14,274 bases of DNA from Archangiaceae bacterium (GTDB lineage Bacteria > Myxococcota > Myxococcia > Myxococcales > Myxococcaceae), in NCBI GenBank assembly GCA_043750125.1, contig JAYVCD010000345.1, positions 1 to 14,274 on the forward strand, read 5' to 3'. Under the pieces are notes generated by a model, which had not been told where the DNA came from, did no database searches, and was given only the letters and a program-made list of their open reading frames with translations. Below, piece after piece: positions 6,306 through 14,166 of the stretch. Position 1 is the first letter of the stretch, and each line of letters starts with the position of its first letter. A program made the translations under genes and the position numbers.

Positions 6306-7735
6306 CTCCTTTCACCCGCCGAGATCTGATCAAGCGGTTCGGAATGCTGGCGTTCGTGCTCACCCCGGTCGTCCGCGCGATGGGCGCGTATGCGACGGCC
6401 CCGTTCAGCTCGGCGCCGCGGTTCGTGATGTTCTTCAAGGGCGGCTCGTACCATTCGCCCTCGGTGAACCCGGCGTCGATTGCGAATCTCGCCGGCACCC
6501 CGCTGGCTCCTCTGCAGCCGCACGCCAACGACCTCATCTTGTTCAAGGGAATGAGCATTCACGGCGGCTCGCCGAAGTCGAACGGCTACCAGGAAGAGCA
6601 CGGCGCGGGCCTGCTCGGGTGCGTGACCGGCAACAGCTACAAGTACACCCAGAACGACTCGTATTACGCCTACACCGACTTCGAATCGATCGACGTGAAG
6701 ATCGCCAATCACTACAAGGCGAACGTTCCGGCGCTGGCGAACTTGCCGTTCTCGAGCCTGCACATCGGAGCCGGGGCTCATTCCGACGCCGACAATGTCG
6801 GGCTCGGCCAACGCTACATCTCGTTTCGCAACCGCCAGGCAGGCGACTCGACCTACGGCAACGCCATCTCGCCGATTCAAGACGCGGGGCAGGTCTACGA
6901 CACGCTGATCCAACGCATCAACCTGTTGTGCTCGACCCAATCGAACCAGCCGAACACCGACAACGCGAAGCTGCGCGCGGCGCTGCTGCACAAGAAGAGC
7001 CTGCTCGACTTCAAGCTCGACGACCTGAAGACCGCGAAGAACGTGCTCGGGCTGGACTCAGAGCATTCGCGCAAGCTCGACGGCCTGGTCGATGGCTGGC
7101 GCGAGGTCGAGGCGGTCAACAACGCGCAGTTGCTCGCGGCGTCCGACGGCGGCACTCCGGGGTCGATCACGGCCGCCTGTCCGACGGGGATCCGGCCGAC
7201 GGGCAACGGGACCAACAAGCAGAACCTGGATCAGCTCTCGGTGGTGCACGATCAGATGATCAGCCTGATCAAGCTGGCCTTCGAATGGGACCTCACCCGG
7301 GTGATCGCGTTCACCCTGTCCGGCGCGTCGTGCGGACAATCGATTCCCAGCCGCGGCGTCTCACAGGCCCACCACACGCTCGAGCACAGCGCCAACGTCG
7401 CGGGGCAGAACACCATCGACACCTACTACTCGGAAAAGTTCGCGCTGCTGCTGACCGCGCTGAAGGGCATCGACGACGGGGGCGGGAAGACGGCGCTCAA
7501 CAACAGCTCGGTCGTGCTCGGAATGGAATGCTGGAGCAACAGTTCGAGCGGCCACTTCCTCACCAACATTCCGTTCGTGCTTGCCGGCCAGGGCGGGGGC
7601 AGGTTCCAGACCGGCCGCATCGTCAACGCCGCGGGGCGCAACAACAATGACCTGCTCGTCTCGGTTCAAAACGCGGCGGGGATCGCCTCGAACACGTTCG
7701 GGCTTCCCAGCCTCTGCGCGGGGCCGATTGTCTGA
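6302..7735 (+). CDS. DUF1552 domain protein with twin-arginine signal, 477 aa
   Basis: ATGA overlap with the upstream gene and N-terminal TRRDLIK. Family-like motifs PRFVMFF, LAPLQP, SIDVKIA, KSLLD, KLDG, LAFEWDLTRV, HHTLEH, IPFVLAG and NDLLVSV. This is the usual partner of DUF1592. Confidence 0.88.
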   Translation: MTPFTRRDLIKRFGMLAFVLTPVVRAMGAYATAPFSSAPRFVMFFKGGSYHSPSVNPASIANLAGTPLAPLQPHANDLILFKGMSIHGGSPKSNGYQEEHGAGLLGCVTGNSYKYTQNDSYYAYTDFESIDVKIANHYKANVPALANLPFSSLHIGAGAHSDADNVGLGQRYISFRNRQAGDSTYGNAISPIQDAGQVYDTLIQRINLLCSTQSNQPNTDNAKLRAALLHKKSLLDFKLDDLKTAKNVLGLDSEHSRKLDGLVDGWREVEAVNNAQLLAASDGGTPGSITAACPTGIRPTGNGTNKQNLDQLSVVHDQMISLIKLAFEWDLTRVIAFTLSGASCGQSIPSRGVSQAHHTLEHSANVAGQNTIDTYYSEKFALLLTALKGIDDGGGKTALNNSSVVLGMECWSNSSSGHFLTNIPFVLAGQGGGRFQTGRIVNAAGRNNNDLLVSVQNAAGIASNTFGLPSLCAGPIV

Positions 7736-7782
7736 AAGCGCGACTGAACTCACCGGCCCGAACGTGCTAACCCGGTCGCTGG

Positions 7783-9075
7783 ATGTCGTTGGGCACGGTC
7801 GGTAAATACACGCTGCTCGAACGATTGGGCGAAGGGGGCATGGGCGAGGTCTATCGCGCCGCCACCGAGGGCCATTCGGGGTTCCGGCGCGAGCTGGCGA
7901 TCAAGCAGATGCGGCGGCGGCTCACCGGCGACGTGCGCCTGACCGAGCTCTTTCTCGCCGAGGCCCGGTCGCTGGCCGAGCTGCGGCACCGGAACATCGT
8001 GCAGGTGTTCGAGTTCGATGTCGCGAACGGCCGCCCGTACCTGGTGATGGAGCTGCTGCACGGGGTCAGCCTCGCTCCCTTCATCAAGCGCGTTCCGCTG
8101 CCGGTCGAGGGGGTGTGCTTCGTGGGGGCCGAGCTCTCAGACGCGCTCGCGGCGGTGCACAAGACGGGGCGCGCGGGCGGGCAGGGGGGAATGGTGCACG
8201 GAGACCTGTCGCCCTCGAACGTGATGGCCTGCGTCGACGGTGCGGTGAAGCTGCTCGACTTCGGGCTCGCCACCCACGAGCAGGCCGCCGGTGGGACTGG
8301 GCCCCAGGCGGGGAAGCTGCCCTACCTCGCGCCCGAAGTGCTGGCCGGGTCGCGGTGCGATGCGCTGACCGATGTGTATGCGGTGGGGGTCACGCTGTAC
8401 GAGCTGCTGATGGGCGAGCGGCTGTTTGCCTCGAGTCTTCCACCCGAAGAAGTCGCGGCCCGCATCGCGCGCGCGGATTATACGAAGCTGCGTGCCGACC
8501 TTCCGGCTGAAGTCCGGGCGGTGGTCGAGAGGTGTCTGTCGCGCGAGCGCGCGCATCGTCCAAGCGCGGCCCAGCTCGCGAAGGCGCTGCACGGATGTCA
8601 GGCCGCGTTCGGAGCGACCGAGCTCGCGCGCTTCGTTCGACAGGCGCAAGGCGGCCCGTCCGCCCTCGAGCCGACCGGCACCGTCTCTCGCGCTGCGGTT
8701 GTGGCCGTTCATGGGGAAGGACCCCTGACCGCGTCTGCGCTTCCGTTGGCCGCCATGCCCAGGGTTCGACGCAGTGGACTCAGGTGGGGGCTCGGACTGG
8801 TGGCCGTGATGGCCTTCGTTGCGATTGCGATCTCCCTGCGCCCTTCGCCTCCGGCGGTTGTGGTCGCAGTGCCCGTCGAGGCGCCGCCGATCGAGCCCGC
8901 CCGGCTCGAAGCGCCGCCGCCACTGCCGGTTGTTCCGTTGCCTGAGCCCGCTCCGATTGTCGCGAAGAAGAAGAGGAGGGCGACCGTTCCGGCGAAGGCC
9001 CCGAAGGCAGTGAAAGCGGCGCCGCCTCCACCCGACCGATTGGCGCCCGGCTTCATCGCCGACCCGAAGAGCTGA
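7783..9075 (+). CDS. Hanks-type Ser/Thr protein kinase with single TM helix and Pro-rich C-terminal tail
   Basis: LGEGGMGEVY, LAIK, HGDLSPSN, DFGL, YLAPE, DVYAVG. TM segment WGLGLVAVMAFVAIAISL. Confidence 0.95.
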   Translation: MSLGTVGKYTLLERLGEGGMGEVYRAATEGHSGFRRELAIKQMRRRLTGDVRLTELFLAEARSLAELRHRNIVQVFEFDVANGRPYLVMELLHGVSLAPFIKRVPLPVEGVCFVGAELSDALAAVHKTGRAGGQGGMVHGDLSPSNVMACVDGAVKLLDFGLATHEQAAGGTGPQAGKLPYLAPEVLAGSRCDALTDVYAVGVTLYELLMGERLFASSLPPEEVAARIARADYTKLRADLPAEVRAVVERCLSRERAHRPSAAQLAKALHGCQAAFGATELARFVRQAQGGPSALEPTGTVSRAAVVAVHGEGPLTASALPLAAMPRVRRSGLRWGLGLVAVMAFVAIAISLRPSPPAVVVAVPVEAPPIEPARLEAPPPLPVVPLPEPAPIVAKKKRRATVPAKAPKAVKAAPPPPDRLAPGFIADPKS

Positions 9076-9121
9076 CGGCAGGCACCGAGGTGATGGACCG
9101 AGCCCGAACCTCTGTGTTGTC

Positions 9122-10078
9122 GTGCCGGCCGTGTTCACCGCTCTCACTGGCAACGAAGCGGGAAGCCCCGGGTGGCGCGCGCTGTTCGCAATCGTCCTTG
9201 GCCTGGCCGGCTGCGGCGGGGGGGATCTCGAGATCCTCGTTCGCTCCGACGTGGGCCCGGTCGACTTCGTCAGCGCGGCGGTCTTCGGCCCGTCCGGGGT
9301 GCTGACCCGCTCCGACCGGCTGCCTGCAACCGGGGCCGCAAATCTGCCCAGCCGCTTGACCCTCGAACGCCCGGGGCGCAGCGCCCAGACGCTGACGTTG
9401 ATGCTCTGGGGCCGGCGCGGCGCAGCGACCGTCGGCTTCGCGGACCTCGTTCTTCCCAGCACGCCGACTCCGGGGCTGGAGGTCACCCTGGTCGCACCGC
9501 CGCCCGACGCCGATTCCGATGGAGTGCCCGATCGTCTCGACCGCTGCCACTTTCTGCCCGACCCGGACCAGCTCGACAGCGATGGCGACGGAAGCGGCGA
9601 CGTCTGCGGCTGCAGAGAAAACAGGTTTGCGGTGCCAACCTTCACCACGACCGCGGACTTCAGCCCGTGGATAGATCGCCAGAGCTCCACGCTCACCCTG
9701 GTCGACGGGCCCAATGGGACGAAGCGAATGAGGGTGTGCCGGACCGCGGCGGGCTCGCAGTTTGGGACCACCGCCAGCGTCCCGCTTCCGGCCGGCGCGC
9801 AGGAATTGGAATTGAGCGCGGTGGTGCTCTCGGCCAGCGGAACGGGCACGGCCGCTCCGTTGGCGCGGCAGGGGGCGAGCTGCAACTCGTGGGACGGCAG
9901 CTGTCATGGAGGGACGGTCATCGGGCCGGTGGATTTGTCGGCCACCCCCGCGACGCTCAGCACCCGGTTGAAGCCCAGCGGCACCGGCTCACTCGAGCTC
10001 GAGCTGACCTCGTTCGACCTTCCGCTTTCCACCTGCTTCGACGTGCAGCAGGTCTGCCTGGTGGTGACCAAGCCATGA
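9122..10078 (+). CDS. Lipoprotein with thrombospondin type-3 (Ca-binding) repeat and C-terminal beta-rich domain
   Basis: Lipobox LAG|C. TSP3 motif DADSDGVPDRLDRC...DPDQLDSDGDGSGDVC at about 9506-9608. Exact start uncertain (GTG 9122 or 9131). Confidence 0.8.
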   Translation: MPAVFTALTGNEAGSPGWRALFAIVLGLAGCGGGDLEILVRSDVGPVDFVSAAVFGPSGVLTRSDRLPATGAANLPSRLTLERPGRSAQTLTLMLWGRRGAATVGFADLVLPSTPTPGLEVTLVAPPPDADSDGVPDRLDRCHFLPDPDQLDSDGDGSGDVCGCRENRFAVPTFTTTADFSPWIDRQSSTLTLVDGPNGTKRMRVCRTAAGSQFGTTASVPLPAGAQELELSAVVLSASGTGTAAPLARQGASCNSWDGSCHGGTVIGPVDLSATPATLSTRLKPSGTGSLELELTSFDLPLSTCFDVQQVCLVVTKP

Positions 10079-10596
10079 TTCCCGCGCTGGTCCTGGTGAC
10101 GTTGCTCTCAGGTTCGCCTTCCGAGCAGCTGTTTCAGAAGGGCAAGGCGGCGTTCGGCGCCGGCAATCTGACCGAGGCACTCGAGGCCTTCACCCAGGCA
10201 CGGAGTCTCGACAAGGCGCCCGAGCTGTTGCTGAACATCGCGCAGTGCAACCGCGGTCTGGGGCGGCGGGCCGAGGCGATCGCGGCGCTCGAGGCGTTTC
10301 TGGCGCAGGCCCCGCGCCACCCGCTGCGGAAAGCGGCCGAAGGAACGCTGGCGGATCTTCGCGCCGAGCAGACCGCGTCCGACGTGCCCACCCGAGTCGA
10401 GCTCGCCCCTGTGCCGGCTGCGCCCGCCCCGCTTCTGCTTGCGCCTGTGGAGCAACCTCCGCGCCGGGTCTGGCCCTGGGTCGTCGGCTCGGTCGCAGCG
10501 GCCGCCGTCGCTGGCGCGGTCGTGGTGGGGGTGGTTTGGGCGAGCAGCTCCAGCCATTCGGATCTCGGCACCGTGCACGTGCCGCCGCCGCAGTAG
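10075..10596 (+). CDS. Exported TPR-repeat protein with C-terminal TM anchor, 173 aa
   Basis: ATGA overlap with the previous gene and signal MIPALVLVTLLSG. TPR-like helices (LFQKGKAAF...EALEAF; LLLNIAQCNRGLGRRAEAIAALEAFL). 'RRVWPWVVG' precedes a TM helix. Confidence 0.85.
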   Translation: MIPALVLVTLLSGSPSEQLFQKGKAAFGAGNLTEALEAFTQARSLDKAPELLLNIAQCNRGLGRRAEAIAALEAFLAQAPRHPLRKAAEGTLADLRAEQTASDVPTRVELAPVPAAPAPLLLAPVEQPPRRVWPWVVGSVAAAAVAGAVVVGVVWASSSSHSDLGTVHVPPPQ

Positions 10597-10601
10597 CTGG
10601 G

Positions 10602-11924
10602 TTAGAGCAGCCCGCGTTTCTTCAGCAGGCGCTTGAGCTGCATCCGCTCGATTCCTGACAGCCGTGAGGCCAGCTTGATGTTGCCTTCGGATTTCTTGAG
10701 CAGGTCGGCGAGGAACTCGCGCTCGAAGTGGTCGACGACCTGCTCCTTCTGTTCCTGAAAGCTGGTGGTCGGATCTCGCTTCAGCGAGGGAGCAGGAAGA
10801 TCGAACGACAGCTCGAGCCGGGCGAAAGGCCGCGGAGCTCCGGCCAGGGTGAGCGCGCGGCGCAACACGTTCTCGAGCTCGCGCACGTTGCCGGGCCAGC
10901 CGTGGGTGCGAAGGCGCGCCAGACCATCGCCCTCGATCGGCCCGGGCTCTTTGACCCCCAGCTTCACCAGCAACGAGCCGATCAGCCCCTGCAGGTCTTC
11001 GCCGCGCGCGCGCAGCGGGGGCAGATCCACCGTCACCACGTTCAGCCGGTAGAAGAGGTCTTCCCGGAACGCGCCGCGGGCCACGAGGCCGGGGAGCTCT
11101 TCACGCGTCGCCGCGATCACCCGCACGTCGACCTCGATCGGCGTGCCGGTACCCAGCGGAGTGATCTCTTTGCGATCCAGAAACCGCAGCAGCAACGGCT
11201 GGAGTTCGAGCGGAAGGCTCGCCACTTCGTCGATGAAGAGCGTGCCGTGGTGGGCCAGCTCGAGCGCTCCCTTTCGGGCGGCGACGGCTCCGGTGAAGGC
11301 GCCAGCGCCGTGACCGAACAAGGCGGCGTGGAGCAGGCTCGGAGTAATCGCGCTGCAGTCGACGACCACGAACGCGTTCTTCCCCCGAGCGCTGGCCGCA
11401 TGAAGGGATCGCGCCGCGAGCTCTTTTCCGGTGCCGGTGGGACCCTGGAGCAGCACCGTCGAGTCCGTGGCCGCAGCGCGTTCGAGGGCGGTGAACACCT
11501 GGCGCATCAATCGGCTCTGGCCTTCGAGCGTGCCGAAGCGGGTGTTTCGGCTCGGAGCCAGCCCCGAGCTGCGTTCGGTCGCCACCAGCTGCAGCCAGGA
11601 ATCTCCGACGCGGATCAACGCTCCGGGAGGAAGGGCAATCTCTGAGACGCGCGAGCCTTCGAACCAGGTGCCGTTGCGGCTGCCGAGATCTTTGATCAGC
11701 ACTGCGTCTGAGCCCGCTTGAAGCTGCACGTGCCGACGCGAGACGCGGGGATCCGTCAATCGCAGCGCCGCCTCGCTCGAAGATCCCACCAGCGCCGGCT
11801 CGGGACCCAGCTCGATGCTGGTTCCCCGCTCGGGCCCCTCGACCACGCGCAGCCGGCAGCGCCCGAGACTGCCGCCCTGCTGCGGAGCCGTCTGGGTGTG
11901 CGGCGGGGTTCCGTCTTGCTTCAT
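10602..11924 (-). CDS. FHA-domain sigma54-dependent transcriptional activator (FHA-AAA+-Fis HTH)
   Basis: FHA motifs VSRRH and DLGSRNGT. Walker A GPTGTGKE, GAFTGA, Walker B LFIDEV, FREDLFYRL, WPGNVREL, and a C-terminal HTH. Confidence 0.95.
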   Translation of the reverse strand: MKQDGTPPHTQTAPQQGGSLGRCRLRVVEGPERGTSIELGPEPALVGSSSEAALRLTDPRVSRRHVQLQAGSDAVLIKDLGSRNGTWFEGSRVSEIALPPGALIRVGDSWLQLVATERSSGLAPSRNTRFGTLEGQSRLMRQVFTALERAAATDSTVLLQGPTGTGKELAARSLHAASARGKNAFVVVDCSAITPSLLHAALFGHGAGAFTGAVAARKGALELAHHGTLFIDEVASLPLELQPLLLRFLDRKEITPLGTGTPIEVDVRVIAATREELPGLVARGAFREDLFYRLNVVTVDLPPLRARGEDLQGLIGSLLVKLGVKEPGPIEGDGLARLRTHGWPGNVRELENVLRRALTLAGAPRPFARLELSFDLPAPSLKRDPTTSFQEQKEQVVDHFEREFLADLLKKSEGNIKLASRLSGIERMQLKRLLKKRGLL

Positions 11925-11933
11925 TTCGGTGTC

Positions 11934-12416
11934 TTACTTTTTACCCTTCGCCTTCTGCTTCGGCTGGTTCAGCTTCTTGTCCATCTCGGCGGCCTCGTTC
12001 ACTTCCGGGTCGGCGGCGGTCTTCCCGTTCTTCTCGATCACGATTTCTTTTTTCCCCGCCGGCTTCGGCGCGCTCGCTTCTTTCGCGGCGGCGGCGTCCT
12101 TCGCGTCGAGCGCCTTGGCGGCCGCGTCGGTGCTGGCCTTGTCTTCGCGGCCGAGCTTCGAGCCCGAGCGCGCAAAGTCTTTGGGGTCGACGCCCGCCTT
12201 TTCGAGCACCTCGCGCTCAGCGCCCGCTTTTTCCTTCATCATCGATTTGCGCTCTTCGGCCGACAGCTCGGACGGCTTCTTGTTGCCGTACTTCTTGTCG
12301 ACCGCGTCCGACGCTTTTTGCTGATCGTGCGCCAGCGCGGCTCTCTTCTCGGGGGTCAGGTCTTCGGCGTGCGCGAGCAGCGCGGTGAGCATTGAAGCCA
12401 GGAGCAAAGGGCGCAT
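11934..12416 (-). CDS. Secreted Lys/Ala/Glu-rich hypothetical protein, 160 aa
   Basis: ATG at 12416 follows GGAGGA. Signal peptide MRPLLLASMLTALLAHA|ED and strong codon bias. It ends 9 bp upstream of the activator start, so the two are likely co-transcribed. Confidence 0.85.
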   Translation of the reverse strand: MRPLLLASMLTALLAHAEDLTPEKRAALAHDQQKASDAVDKKYGNKKPSELSAEERKSMMKEKAGAEREVLEKAGVDPKDFARSGSKLGREDKASTDAAAKALDAKDAAAAKEASAPKPAGKKEIVIEKNGKTAADPEVNEAAEMDKKLNQPKQKAKGKK

Positions 12417-12472
12417 CGGTTCCTCCAGGAAGGGGAGCGGGACTTTAGGCCGTTCGTGGTAGCTCGAGGGCA

Positions 12473-13165
12473 ATGACGCGCCCACGAAAAGCCTTGCTCT
12501 GGATTGCCGCGACCCTTGCGCTGCTGGGCGGTGCGGCCTTCGTCGTCCCTCCGCTGCTGTTCAGCGATGGAGTCGACTATTCGAAGTCGGTCTCGATCAA
12601 GACGGCCCCCGCGTACCAGGACCCGGCGCTGCTCGAGAAGGCCTGGGCGCTGCCGGTCGCCGCGCTCTACAAAAAGGGAATCGACTTTCAGCGCAACGGC
12701 AGCTTCTGCGGGCCGGCCAGCGTGGTGAACGTGCTGCGTTCGGTGGGGACGCCGGCGGACCAGGACACCGTGCTCGCAGGCACCGACACTCCCACGGTGA
12801 TGGGAGGCGTCGTCGGCGGGCTGACGCTGGACCAGTTGGCTGAAATCGCGCGGAAGAAATCGGGGAAGAGAGTGACGGTGTTTCACGATCTCGACCTCGA
12901 AGGATTCCGGGCCCAGCTGGCCCGCGCGAATGATCCTTCGGTGCGGATGATCCTCAACTTCCACCGGGGGCCGATCTTCGGACAAGGCGGGGGACATCAC
13001 TCGCCGATCGCCGGTTACCTCGCCGCCGAAGACCTGGTGCTCGTTCTCGACGTGAACGAGAAATACCAGCCGTGGTTGGTCTCGCCCCAACGGCTGTTCG
13101 AAGCGATGAACACCGTCGACAAGGGCGCGGGAAAGAAGCGCGGCCTGCTGGTGATCGAGCTCTAA
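12473..13165 (+). CDS. Phytochelatin synthase family protein (papain-like)
   Basis: Oxyanion Gln and catalytic Cys in FQRNGSFCGPAS, His in GHHSPIAGY, Asp in LVLDV, C-terminal RGLL. N-terminal hydrophobic segment. Confidence 0.92.
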   Translation: MTRPRKALLWIAATLALLGGAAFVVPPLLFSDGVDYSKSVSIKTAPAYQDPALLEKAWALPVAALYKKGIDFQRNGSFCGPASVVNVLRSVGTPADQDTVLAGTDTPTVMGGVVGGLTLDQLAEIARKKSGKRVTVFHDLDLEGFRAQLARANDPSVRMILNFHRGPIFGQGGGHHSPIAGYLAAEDLVLVLDVNEKYQPWLVSPQRLFEAMNTVDKGAGKKRGLLVIEL

Positions 13166-13317
13166 ATCACCCGGCCCACAGCAGCTTTCCCTCGCGCCTC
13201 ACTGACGGATACGTCGCTGCGTCGGCGACCGGTATGTAGATTCTTGCTTCGTTCTCCGCGTCTTCCCGAAGAGCTCGAGCGGATTGGTCACCGGACCCAG
13301 AAGGAAGGTGACTTCCG

Positions 13318-14148
13318 TTACCGAGGTGGCGTCAGGTACATCAAGAGAGAGCTTCCTGCGTTCACCATCATCGTTCTGCTGCCGATAACCAATGGCACGA
13401 GTCCCGGCACAGAGCTGGTCACGTAGAGGGCCACAAGCACCCCGTCCCCGAGAGGCTCGATTGCGGAAGCTGCGAACCCCGCGGGCGAAGAAGTTCCGCC
13501 AGCAAGGCAGTGCATCCACAACAAGTCTCCAGTCGTCGCGTCATGAACGGCCAGCACTGCATTGCCATTATTTGTTGCTGGTGGACAAACAACCTCGATC
13601 CCATTCTGATTAGTATACCGCGTCGAGTTATTTGGCTGAATGCCTTGCTGAAAGGCACCAAGAAGTTTGTTTGATGACCACGCGCGCAGCTCAAGCACTT
13701 TTATGGTCCGGAAAGGGTCGCCTGATGGTCCGTTTTCCGTGGTCGTGAGCGAGCTCCACGCCTCTGTGAGGCCATCATTTCGGCGAGACATTGCGAGGGA
13801 AGGATTCGGCGAATTAAGTGAACCCTGTGCGTAGTAAACAGGGGCGCGAGTGGCAGGAAAGAAAAAGTTCCCCAGCCGTTGGTTGGGACCGTTGACGTCT
13901 ACAAGTCTGACACAACCGCCATCTTCAGTCAGTTCAGCCAGGAATGACTGTATTGGGTAGCTCGGCACCCCTGAACAATCGGGAAAGCCCAGGCCGCCAT
14001 CGGAAAACCGATATGCTTGCGTTAAAAAAGTTTCGCGTCCGGTAGGGTAAAAACCTGCCCCCGCGTTTGCAACGAAACTATTCCGCACCAAATTGAAATC
14101 ATCTGAAAATGACACCACGCGATGGCTGTCTGGCAAGAACCCAACCAC
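13318..14148 (-). CDS. Hypothetical beta-rich protein, lower GC, probably 5'-truncated
   Basis: 276-codon open frame in AT-richer DNA with a propeller-like 'AVHDATTGDLLW' motif. There is no SD or signal peptide at the GTG, and the frame stays open upstream until it enters the putative IS end. Confidence 0.6.
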   Translation of the reverse strand: MVGFLPDSHRVVSFSDDFNLVRNSFVANAGAGFYPTGRETFLTQAYRFSDGGLGFPDCSGVPSYPIQSFLAELTEDGGCVRLVDVNGPNQRLGNFFFPATRAPVYYAQGSLNSPNPSLAMSRRNDGLTEAWSSLTTTENGPSGDPFRTIKVLELRAWSSNKLLGAFQQGIQPNNSTRYTNQNGIEVVCPPATNNGNAVLAVHDATTGDLLWMHCLAGGTSSPAGFAASAIEPLGDGVLVALYVTSSVPGLVPLVIGSRTMMVNAGSSLLMYLTPPR

Positions 14149-14166
14149 TGCTTTCTCGGAGAGCTT

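Noticed and set aside
7752-7768. Second sigma54 promoter before the kinase (CCGGCCCGAACGTGCT)
   Set aside because: GG-GC spacing is 9 nt rather than the strictly required 10.
13199-13317. Short ORF or terminator between the PCS gene and the low-GC ORF
   Set aside because: No recognisable motif or start; the small GTCGC/GCGAC stem lacks a U-tract.
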